NCBI GenBank assembly: GCA_947630495.1
Contig: CANRHS010000003.1
Span: forward strand, 1-41,649
Length of the DNA: 41,649 nt
Reading direction: 5' to 3'
Origin: an uncultured Bacilli bacterium
Lineage (GTDB): Bacteria; Bacillota_I; Bacilli_A; RF39; UBA660
Under the pieces are notes generated by a model. That model did no database searches. It had not been told where the DNA came from and saw only the letters and a list, made by a program, of their open reading frames with translations. Of this stretch, positions 26,649 through 34,774 are shown in pieces. The translations under genes and the position numbers were made by a program. The first letter of the stretch is position 1. The number at the start of each line of letters is the position of its first letter.

Positions 26649-27833
26649 ATGCTTAATACTAGAAAAATATTGATTGCTTTAGAATTTCTATTTTTAGTTA
26701 TTAGTATTTTTGTTGGAGTTTATGTCTTTAGATATAGAGGTAGTACTAATATTAGTAATACCAATATAAATAAAGAACCTGAACCAAGTAAACCTGTTGA
26801 AGAAATAACACCTAAACCTAAAGAGTATATAAATTATTTAGAAGAAAGTAAAATCTTTGAATTACCTATTGAAGGGGCTTCTGGATATGCAGCCATTGAT
26901 ATGGAGTTAAAAGATGGCCTTGATAGTAATTCAAAGGTTATAGATACGATTAAAGCGGGAAGTGGATTTACTATTTTAAGTGAAGATAATGAATATTTTA
27001 AAATAAATTATAATGAAAAAATAGGTTATGTTGATAATACCAATTGTTTTATTAATTTACCTGATGTTTTACCATCTATTATTTATAATATAACAAATGC
27101 TAAAGGTTCAATCATGGTTTCGTCAAGTGAAAATATTCCAAATGTAACTGGTGAAGTTTTATATAATGCTTATCAAGATAATCCACGTTATGGAACTAAA
27201 GAATACATAGTTCCGGTTTTATATTCAATGGCTAAAAAGATTGCGTTGGCTCAGCAATATGCAATTGAAGAAAATAATACTTTAATTATCTATGAAGCCT
27301 ATCGCCCTTATGAAGTTCAAAGAAAAATTGTTAAAAATTTAAGTGAATTAGCACTTCAAAATCCTGTTATAAATGAAGGTATTAATACGGCTCCTTGGTC
27401 AATGGTTTGGTTTATTTCAACTGGACTTTCTAATCACCAAAGAGGATGTGCAATTGATGTGTCATTAGGAAAAATAATAGAAACTGAAGAAAAACATTTA
27501 GGTGATTATGTTTATAAAGATATAACTGAATATGAAGAATATACAATGTTTAGTAAAATGCATGAATTAAGTATTGCCTCAGTTATTTATCCTTATCAAG
27601 TTGATTCAAAATCAAAAGAAGCTTGGAAAAATGTTAAGTTACTAGATAATGTTAATCCTGAAGTTAAAACTTTACAAGGATATTGTACTAAAGCTGATTT
27701 AACACCCCTTGCATCTGAATGGTGGCATTTTAATGATTTAGATAGTGTTAATACTTCCAAAAGTAAAGGAAACTTTGTAATTGAAAAAAATTATAGTATT
27801 CCTTTAAAAGAAAGTGAACAAAAGGTAGATTAA
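26649..27833 (+). CDS. membrane-anchored SH3b plus M15D (VanX-like D-Ala-D-Ala peptidase) protein
   Basis: N-terminal TM; SH3b-like segment (YFKINYNEKIGYV); YEAYRP, SNHQRGCAIDVSL, EWWHF. Confidence 0.82.
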   Translation: MLNTRKILIALEFLFLVISIFVGVYVFRYRGSTNISNTNINKEPEPSKPVEEITPKPKEYINYLEESKIFELPIEGASGYAAIDMELKDGLDSNSKVIDTIKAGSGFTILSEDNEYFKINYNEKIGYVDNTNCFINLPDVLPSIIYNITNAKGSIMVSSSENIPNVTGEVLYNAYQDNPRYGTKEYIVPVLYSMAKKIALAQQYAIEENNTLIIYEAYRPYEVQRKIVKNLSELALQNPVINEGINTAPWSMVWFISTGLSNHQRGCAIDVSLGKIIETEEKHLGDYVYKDITEYEEYTMFSKMHELSIASVIYPYQVDSKSKEAWKNVKLLDNVNPEVKTLQGYCTKADLTPLASEWWHFNDLDSVNTSKSKGNFVIEKNYSIPLKESEQKVD

Positions 27834-27849
27834 AAGTTCTATCTTTTTT
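27821..27849 (+). terminator. terminator
   Basis: AAAGGTAGA...TCTATCTTT then a T run. Confidence 0.6.
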
Positions 27850-27921
27850 CAATTTAATAGCAAAATAGTATTCTTTATTTTTAATTTTCATGTTATACTA
27901 GAATAGAAAGGATGATAAAAA

Positions 27922-28494
27922 ATGAAAAAGAATATTAAAGTAACAGAAGCAATTTTTCCGATGCCTGTTTTAATGATTGCAACTTATAATTCTGATAATT
28001 CCGTTAATGTCATGAATGCAGCTTGGGGAACGATGATTGAAAGGGATATTGTAGGACTTAATTTAACTAGTACTCATAAGACAGTTAAAAATATTAAAGA
28101 AAGAGGAGCATTCACTATAAGTATTGCTGATTCTTTACATGTAAAAGAGGCTGATTACTTTGGAATGGTATCCGGTAATAATACTTTAGATAAGTTCCAA
28201 AAAAGTGGTTTAACTGTAACAAAATCTAATTTAGTTGATGCTCCAATTATTAATGAATTTCCAATTTGTATGGAATGCGAGTTTATTGAATATCAAGATA
28301 ACCCTTATGGAATAGGAGTAGTTGGTAAAGTTGTTAATGTATCAGCCAACGAAGAAGTAATTTCAAATGATAATGTTGATATATCTAAGTTAAATGCTAT
28401 TACATTTGACCCTTATACTCATGGTTATTATAAAATAGGGGAAAGAGTAGGAGAAGCATTCAAAGATGGACTTACTATTAAGGAGAAAGAATGA
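27922..28494 (+). CDS. flavin reductase/flavoredoxin family protein
   Basis: FPMPVLMIAT, NVMNAAWG, ADYFGMVSG, VDAPIINEFPICMEC. Confidence 0.88.
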   Translation: MKKNIKVTEAIFPMPVLMIATYNSDNSVNVMNAAWGTMIERDIVGLNLTSTHKTVKNIKERGAFTISIADSLHVKEADYFGMVSGNNTLDKFQKSGLTVTKSNLVDAPIINEFPICMECEFIEYQDNPYGIGVVGKVVNVSANEEVISNDNVDISKLNAITFDPYTHGYYKIGERVGEAFKDGLTIKEKE

Positions 28495-28988
28495 AAAGTA
28501 TAATTATTTATTTCAGTAGAGCCGACGAAAACTATGGAGTAGGTTTTCTTGAAAAAGGCAATACGGAAGTTGTTGCTGAATATATTAAGGAAGCAACTAA
28601 TTCTGATATGTTTAAAGTAGAACCACTTATTCCTTATAGTAAAGATTATGAAACTTGTATTAAAGAGGCTAAAGAAAGACAAGAGAGTCATAATGCTCCT
28701 ATTAAAGAAAAATTACCTGATTTAAAAGAATATGATTTAATTTATCTTGGTTCTCCAATTTATTGGGACTATATGCCTGAAGAATTAGTAACTGCCTTAA
28801 GGGATGCTGATTTCATCGGGAAAACTATAAAACCATTTACTACTCATGAAGGTTCAGGATTAGGGCAAGTTACTCGCCAAATTAAAGATATATGCAAAGG
28901 AGCAATAGTTTTAGAAGGCCTTGCTATCCAAGGTTCTTTAGTTAAAAATTCTAAGGATAAAGTTATAGAATGGGCTCAAAAATTTTAA
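28491..28988 (+). CDS. flavodoxin
   Basis: YFSRA...GNT, LGSPIYW, PFTTHEGSGLG. Confidence 0.88.
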   Translation: MKSIIIYFSRADENYGVGFLEKGNTEVVAEYIKEATNSDMFKVEPLIPYSKDYETCIKEAKERQESHNAPIKEKLPDLKEYDLIYLGSPIYWDYMPEELVTALRDADFIGKTIKPFTTHEGSGLGQVTRQIKDICKGAIVLEGLAIQGSLVKNSKDKVIEWAQKF

Positions 28989-29007
28989 AAAATTTGAAAA
29001 AATATTC

Positions 29008-29036
29008 TTGAAAAAAATTTTAAAAAGTTATATACT
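29008..29036 (+). promoter_or_regulatory. promoter of the MATE gene
   Basis: TTGAAA-17 bp-TATACT. Confidence 0.7.
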
Positions 29037-29042
29037 TAACAA

Positions 29043-29128
29043 GTCTGATCCAGCAGATAATGCGTAAAAACAAGACAATTTTTACGCATTATTTTTTTGC
29101 GCAAAATTGGATTAGAATTGGTTTTTAG
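29043..29128 (+). promoter_or_regulatory. structured 5' leader with intrinsic terminator (candidate riboswitch or attenuator)
   Basis: 14-bp stem 29057-29070/29079-29092 plus a T run between promoter and RBS; extra pairing 29044-29052/29108-29116; 22-codon uORF 29060-29128. Confidence 0.6.
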
Positions 29129-29142
29129 AAGGAGGAATTTAT

Positions 29143-31116
29143 ATGGAAAATCAAGAAAATAATAAGTTTTTAGGAAGTGAGAAGATATCTAAATTACTTT
29201 TTAAGTTTTCTATACCATGTATTTTATCGTTACTTATTAGTTCTTTATATAATATAGTTGATCAAATTTTCATTGGTAATAGTGAACTAGGTTATTTAGG
29301 AAATGCCGCAACGGGTGTTGTTTATCCAATTACCATTATTGCTGTTGCCTTTGCTTGGTGTTTTGGAGATGGGGCTGCGGCTTATTTATCACTTTGCCAA
29401 GGAAGAGGAGATACAAAAAATGCCCATCAAGGAATTGGAAATAGTATTTTAGTAACATTCATTATTAGTATAATCTTTTTAATATTAGGTTTTATCTTTA
29501 AAGATAATTTATTATATTTATTTGGAGCAAGCACGAAAAGTATTAATCTTGCAAGAGACTATTTTGAAATAATTTTAGCAGCAATTCCCGTTTATATGCT
29601 TGCTAATAGTATGAATGCAGTTATCAGAGCGGATGGTGCTCCCGGATTTTCAATGGCCGCAACGGCAGTTGGTGCAATTATCAATATTATCTTAGACCCA
29701 ATCTTTATTTTCCCACTTCATATGGGAATTAAAGGAGCTGCGATTGTAACTGTCATTGGTCAAATAGCATCTTTAATTGTTTCAATTATTTATTATACTA
29801 AAACTAAAACTTTTAAATTAACCTTATCAAGTTTTAAAATGAACATTCAAGTATTTAAAAATATAATTAAACTTGGAGTATCAACTTTTATTACTCAAAT
29901 GAGTATTGTTATAATTTCTTTTGTTTGTAATATCATGCTTGCTAAATATGGTGCTATGAGTAAGTATGGTTCTGATATTCCAATTGCGGTAATCGGAATT
30001 ACTATGAAAGTATTCTCAATTGTTATTAATATAATTGTAGGAATTATCTTAGGTGCTCAACCAATTTTAGGTTATAACTTTGGAGCTAAAAACTTTGCAA
30101 GAGTTAAAGAAACATTTAAAAAAGTTGTAATTATCTCAAGTCTAGTTGGAGTTATCTCAACCATTCTCTTTGAAATATGTCCAAGTATGATAATTAGAAT
30201 ATTTGGTTCTAACTCAAGCCTTTATATGGAATTTGCAACTTTAACATTCAGGTTATTCTTAATGTTAGTAACCCTAACTTGTTTAATTAAAATGACTTCA
30301 ATTTTCTTTCAAGCGGTTGGAGAACCTTTAAAAGCAGCAATTGTTTCTCTTACAAGAGATATTATCTTTTTTGTTCCTTTAGTTATAATTTTACCTAAAT
30401 ATATGGGAATAAAGGGGTGTTTAATTGCAGCACCTATTGCTGACCTCTTAGGAATATTAGTTACAATTATTTTAATAGTTAAATTCTTTAAAGGTCTTGA
30501 TGGTAAAGTCTTAAAACAAGAAGAAATTAACTATAAATTATCCCATGAAGGAGTTATTATTACTATTTCAAGAACCCATGGAAGTCAAGGAAAAGCCATT
30601 GGAGAGATAGTTGCTAAAAAATTAGAAATACCTTACTATTATAAAGAAATAGAAGCCCTTGCTGCAAGAGAAAGTGGACTAGACAAAGAATTTGTATCTA
30701 ATATCAATGAAAGTCAAGATGTTCTACATGATTTATATTTAACAACTACTCCTGTCAAATATGCCATTACAGCCCAAGAAAAAGTAATTAAAATGATTGC
30801 TTCTAAAGGTTCTTGTGTTTTAGTTGGAAGAGCAGCTGATTATGTTTTAAGAGATAATCCTAATTTAATTAGAATATTTATCTATGCCCCTCTTGAATAC
30901 CGAATTAAAAAAGTTATGGAAATGTATAATGATACTAAAGCGAATGCTAAAAAGAATATTTTAAAATCTGATAAAAATAGAGCAAGTTATTATGAAATGA
31001 TATCTAATCAAACTTATGGTAACCCTTTAAACTATGACCTTTGTATTGATTCAAGTATTGGTAAAGAAAAAACAGCTGAAGTAATAATTGATTATATTAA
31101 GAAATTAAAAAAGTAA
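29143..31116 (+). CDS. MATE efflux transporter (MepA-like) fused to a cytidylate-kinase-like domain
   Basis: LYNIVDQIFIG, INIILDPIFIF, GAQPILGYNFGA; C-terminal ITISRTHGSQG, VLVGRAADY, YDLCIDSS. Confidence 0.9.
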   Translation: MENQENNKFLGSEKISKLLFKFSIPCILSLLISSLYNIVDQIFIGNSELGYLGNAATGVVYPITIIAVAFAWCFGDGAAAYLSLCQGRGDTKNAHQGIGNSILVTFIISIIFLILGFIFKDNLLYLFGASTKSINLARDYFEIILAAIPVYMLANSMNAVIRADGAPGFSMAATAVGAIINIILDPIFIFPLHMGIKGAAIVTVIGQIASLIVSIIYYTKTKTFKLTLSSFKMNIQVFKNIIKLGVSTFITQMSIVIISFVCNIMLAKYGAMSKYGSDIPIAVIGITMKVFSIVINIIVGIILGAQPILGYNFGAKNFARVKETFKKVVIISSLVGVISTILFEICPSMIIRIFGSNSSLYMEFATLTFRLFLMLVTLTCLIKMTSIFFQAVGEPLKAAIVSLTRDIIFFVPLVIILPKYMGIKGCLIAAPIADLLGILVTIILIVKFFKGLDGKVLKQEEINYKLSHEGVIITISRTHGSQGKAIGEIVAKKLEIPYYYKEIEALAARESGLDKEFVSNINESQDVLHDLYLTTTPVKYAITAQEKVIKMIASKGSCVLVGRAADYVLRDNPNLIRIFIYAPLEYRIKKVMEMYNDTKANAKKNILKSDKNRASYYEMISNQTYGNPLNYDLCIDSSIGKEKTAEVIIDYIKKLKK

Positions 31117-31162
31117 GATTAATAAAAAAATATTTCATTTTAAAGAAAAATATGCTATAATA

Positions 31163-31206
31163 TATGTGAAACAAAGTTAAAGAAAAAGAAAAAAATGTTT
31201 CACATA
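31163..31206. promoter_or_regulatory. inverted-repeat operator or 5' hairpin of the fic gene
   Basis: TATGTGAAACA...TGTTTCACATA, a perfect 11-bp IR just downstream of TGnTATAAT (31153-31161). Confidence 0.5.
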
Positions 31207-31219
31207 AAGGAGGCTTATT

Positions 31220-32149
31220 ATGGAAAAAGAATTTGAAATTATGAATTTATTAAATCAAAAACAAGAACTAACTTTAAAACTTAATTCCTTAGTATATGGT
31301 TCAATTGAAATAAGAGAAAATGATAATAAAAAGTATATCTATGTTCATTATAGAGAAGATGGGGTTCCAATTACAAAGTATGTCGGAGAATTTAGTGAAG
31401 AATTATATAATCTAATTCTTAAAAATTCAGAGGTAGCTAAAACTTTAAAAAAGGAAATTAAAACAATTGAAAAACAATTAAAGTCTTTAAATTATACTGA
31501 CCAGGAAATTGATTCGAAAGTTTTACTTAATATTGATTTTGCTAAAAGACATTTAGTAGATACGATTTATAAACAGGCAATTTTAGAAGGAGTTGCTACA
31601 ACTTTTATGGATACAGAAAATATAATTGAAGGTGGTAAAGTAAATAATATGACTTCAACTGATATTATGAAAATTGTTAATTTAAAACATGCTTGGGAAT
31701 TTATTTTATCACCAACCATTTTACTTTCTAAAACGGATTTCACCCTTTTGTGCCAAATTAATAAATTAGTTGAAGAGGGATTTTATTATACAGCTGGAAA
31801 AGTCAGAAGTACTCCTGTTTCAATAGGTGGAACATGGCAACCAGACTTACCAATTGAAAGTATAATTAAAGAAGAATTAAGTGACATTATAAATAAAAAA
31901 ATAAATGATGTTGACAAATCTATCGAATTATTATTATATGTTATGAAAAAACAAGTATTTCTTGATGGTAATAAAAGAACATCAGTTATATTTGCTAATC
32001 AATATTTAATTTCAAAAGGTAAAGGAATAATTGTTATACCAGTTGAAGCAACCGAAGAATTTAAAAAGTTATTAATTAATTATTATGAAGGTAAGGATAA
32101 AGGAGAAATAAAAAAGTTCTTAAAAGAAAATTGTTATATTGAAATATAA
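31220..32149 (+). CDS. Fic/Doc family protein
   Basis: Fic-like motif QVFLDGNKRTS; AILEG; GKVRSTPVSIGG. Confidence 0.85.
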   Translation: MEKEFEIMNLLNQKQELTLKLNSLVYGSIEIRENDNKKYIYVHYREDGVPITKYVGEFSEELYNLILKNSEVAKTLKKEIKTIEKQLKSLNYTDQEIDSKVLLNIDFAKRHLVDTIYKQAILEGVATTFMDTENIIEGGKVNNMTSTDIMKIVNLKHAWEFILSPTILLSKTDFTLLCQINKLVEEGFYYTAGKVRSTPVSIGGTWQPDLPIESIIKEELSDIINKKINDVDKSIELLLYVMKKQVFLDGNKRTSVIFANQYLISKGKGIIVIPVEATEEFKKLLINYYEGKDKGEIKKFLKENCYIEI

Positions 32150-32176
32150 GTATGTTATTAATTAGCATACTTTTTT
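32149..32176 (+). terminator. terminator after fic
   Basis: AGTATGTTA...TAGCATACT followed by a T run. Confidence 0.65.
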
Positions 32177-32182
32177 CTATTT

Positions 32183-32198
32183 CTTACAGAATTGTAAG
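32183..32198. promoter_or_regulatory. BceR/GraR-type response-regulator box
   Basis: CTTACA-gaat-TGTAAG upstream of TGaTATAAT. Confidence 0.65.
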
Positions 32199-32245
32199 GT
32201 TAGAATTATATTTTTTTTGATATAATATATTTGTTGGAGGATACT

Positions 32246-32908
32246 ATGTCTAAAATAATGATAATTGAAGATGATGAAGTGTTAAGTTTAGAACTAAAAG
32301 AATTATTAACTTTAAATGGCTATGAAGTTGAGTTAGTTAAAGACTTTAAGAATACAATAGAAGCAATTTTAAATTATAACCCTGATTTACTATTACTAGA
32401 TATTAATATTCCTTATTTAAATGGCGAAGTAATACTTCAAAACTTAAGAAAAAAATCTAATGTTCCAGTTATCATGGTAACAAGTAGAAATACAGATATG
32501 GATGAGGCCTTATCAATCTCCTTAGGAGCAGATGATTATATAACCAAACCATATAACCCAAATATTCTTTTACTTAGAATAAATGCTATCTTAAAAAGAG
32601 TAAATCGAATTTCTAATATTATTAACTATAAAACTTTAATAATAAATACTCAAAATGGAACAATTAAAAATCAAGATAAAGAAATTATTTTAACTAAAAA
32701 TGAAATGATAATATTTGCTTACTTATTAAATAATAAAGATAAAATAGTAAAAAGAGATGAACTAATGACTTCTTTATGGAACAATGAAGAATTTATAAAT
32801 GACAATGCCTTAACCGTTAATATCAGTAGGCTTAGAAGTAAACTCTCTAAATTAGGTTATAACAATATAATTGAAACTAGGAAAGGACAAGGTTATATAA
32901 TATCATGA
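32246..32908 (+). CDS. OmpR-family response regulator (BceR/GraR-like)
   Basis: IIEDD, LLLDINIP, GADDYITKP, LTVNISRLRSKL, IETRKGQGY. Confidence 0.92.
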   Translation: MSKIMIIEDDEVLSLELKELLTLNGYEVELVKDFKNTIEAILNYNPDLLLLDINIPYLNGEVILQNLRKKSNVPVIMVTSRNTDMDEALSISLGADDYITKPYNPNILLLRINAILKRVNRISNIINYKTLIINTQNGTIKNQDKEIILTKNEMIIFAYLLNNKDKIVKRDELMTSLWNNEEFINDNALTVNISRLRSKLSKLGYNNIIETRKGQGYIIS

Positions 32909-33921
32909 ATTTAAAAGATTATTTAAAAGATAAATTAATTAATATTTTAATACTTTTACTAAGTTACTTTATTGTTTTAATGTTATTAATAGCATTTAAA
33001 GTTAAGATAAGTTTAATTTTTGTAATTACGTTTATTTTCTTAATAACTAATATTTTATTAATAATGGAAGATTACTATAAGAAGAAAAAATTTTATAATA
33101 ATATACTTAATAATATTAATAAACTAGATAAAGCTTATTTAGTTTTAGAAACCATAAATAAACCTGAGTTTTATGAAGGAAAGATAGTTTATCAAATATT
33201 ATATGAAATAAATAAATCAATGTGTGAAAATGTTAATTTAATAGAAGAACAATTATTAGATTTTAAAGATTATATTGAGATGTGGATTCATGAAGTTAAA
33301 AGACCTCTTGCTAGTTTAAGTTTAACTTTAAGTAATAAAAATAAATTATTAGACATTAAAACTAAGGCTATCTTAAAGAATTTAGAAGATTATCTTGAAC
33401 AAGTTTTATATTATGTAAGATGTGAAAATGCCGCAAGTGATTTCTTTATTAAAGAAGTAGATTTAGGAAATATTATTAAGAATGTTGGTATTCGGAATAT
33501 GGATGATTTACTTAATAATAAAGTAGATTTTAAAGTTGAGAAGATTAATGTAAAAGTATATACAGATTCTAAATGGTTAGAGTTTATTTTAAATCAAATT
33601 ATTAATAATAGTATTAAGTATAAAAAAGGGAAAAATTCTTATATTAAAATATATGCTCTTGACAATCCTGATACAATTAAATTAATAATTGAAGATAATG
33701 GAATAGGAATACCTAAAAGTGATATAAAGGAAGTATTTAAGAAAACTTTCACAGGAGAAAATGGGAGAATTGTTCCATCAGCAACGGGGATGGGTCTTTA
33801 TATAGCTAAGAATTTATGTTCTAAATTAGGACATAAAATTGAAATAGAGTCAGTTTATCAGGAATATACGAAAGTTTCAATTACATTTGCTAAGAATAAG
33901 TTTTATGATGTTTTAAAGTAA
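32905..33921 (+). CDS. intramembrane-sensing histidine kinase (BceS/GraS-like)
   Basis: Two TMs with no extracellular loop; WIHEVKRP, QIINNSIKY, DNGIGI, TGMGLY. Confidence 0.92.
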   Translation: MNLKDYLKDKLINILILLLSYFIVLMLLIAFKVKISLIFVITFIFLITNILLIMEDYYKKKKFYNNILNNINKLDKAYLVLETINKPEFYEGKIVYQILYEINKSMCENVNLIEEQLLDFKDYIEMWIHEVKRPLASLSLTLSNKNKLLDIKTKAILKNLEDYLEQVLYYVRCENAASDFFIKEVDLGNIIKNVGIRNMDDLLNNKVDFKVEKINVKVYTDSKWLEFILNQIINNSIKYKKGKNSYIKIYALDNPDTIKLIIEDNGIGIPKSDIKEVFKKTFTGENGRIVPSATGMGLYIAKNLCSKLGHKIEIESVYQEYTKVSITFAKNKFYDVLK

Positions 33922-33923
33922 GA

Positions 33924-33937
33924 TTACAAATTTGTAA
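33924..33937. promoter_or_regulatory. BceR/GraR-type box upstream of the ABC transporter
   Basis: TTACA-aatt-TGTAA. Confidence 0.7.
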
Positions 33938-34006
33938 GATTAAGTTATATTAAACATGCGACAAATAGTTTATTATAAGGTATGATGGTTAAGTGAGGAG
34001 GAGATT

Positions 34007-34774
34007 ATGGAAAATATTTTAAAAGTAGAAAAAGTTTCTAAATATTATGGAAGTAGATCTTCTTTAACGAAGGCTCTTGATAATATATCTTTTGAAGTAG
34101 AAAAAGGGGAATTTGTCTCAGTGATGGGAGCATCTGGTTCTGGAAAAACCACATTACTTAATCTTATATCAACAATCGATAGAGTAACTAGTGGAAATAT
34201 CTTTGTAGGAGGATTGGATATCACAAAGTTAAAAGGAAATAGTCTTAATAAATTTCGAAGAGAAGAGTTAGGTTTTGTCTTTCAAGATTTTAATTTACTT
34301 GATACCTTAACAGCTTATGAGAATATTGCTTTATCTTTATCTATTCAAAATAAAAAGTTTTCCGAAATTGATTTAAAAATAAAAAAAGTTGCAAATGACT
34401 TAGGAATTAGAAATATTTTAAACAAGTATCCTTATGAAATTAGTGGTGGTGAAAAACAAAGAGTTGCAAGTGCAAGAGCGATTATCACGGAACCTAAACT
34501 AATTTTAGCAGATGAACCAACCGGGGCTTTAGACTCGAAGGCCTCAAGGATGTTACTTGAAAGGTTTGAATACTTAAATAAAGAGTTAGAAGCAACTATT
34601 TTAATGGTAACTCATGATGCTTTTACAGCCTCTTATTCTAGCAGAGTAATATTCATTAAAGACGGAAAAATCTTCAAGGAACTAAATCGAGGAGATAATA
34701 CTAGGAAAGAGTTCTTTGATAAGATTATTGATGTTGTAACTTTACTTGGCGGTGATTTAAATGATGCTTTGTAA
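34007..34774 (+). CDS. ABC transporter ATP-binding protein (BceA-like)
   Basis: GASGSGKTT, ISGGEKQR, LADEPTGALD, MVTHD. Confidence 0.93.
   Translation: MENILKVEKVSKYYGSRSSLTKALDNISFEVEKGEFVSVMGASGSGKTTLLNLISTIDRVTSGNIFVGGLDITKLKGNSLNKFRREELGFVFQDFNLLDTLTAYENIALSLSIQNKKFSEIDLKIKKVANDLGIRNILNKYPYEISGGEKQRVASARAIITEPKLILADEPTGALDSKASRMLLERFEYLNKELEATILMVTHDAFTASYSSRVIFIKDGKIFKELNRGDNTRKEFFDKIIDVVTLLGGDLNDAL

Noticed and set aside
26649-27833. Vancomycin resistance cluster
   Set aside because: Only a VanX-like domain is present, with no vanA/B ligase, vanH or adjacent vanRS.
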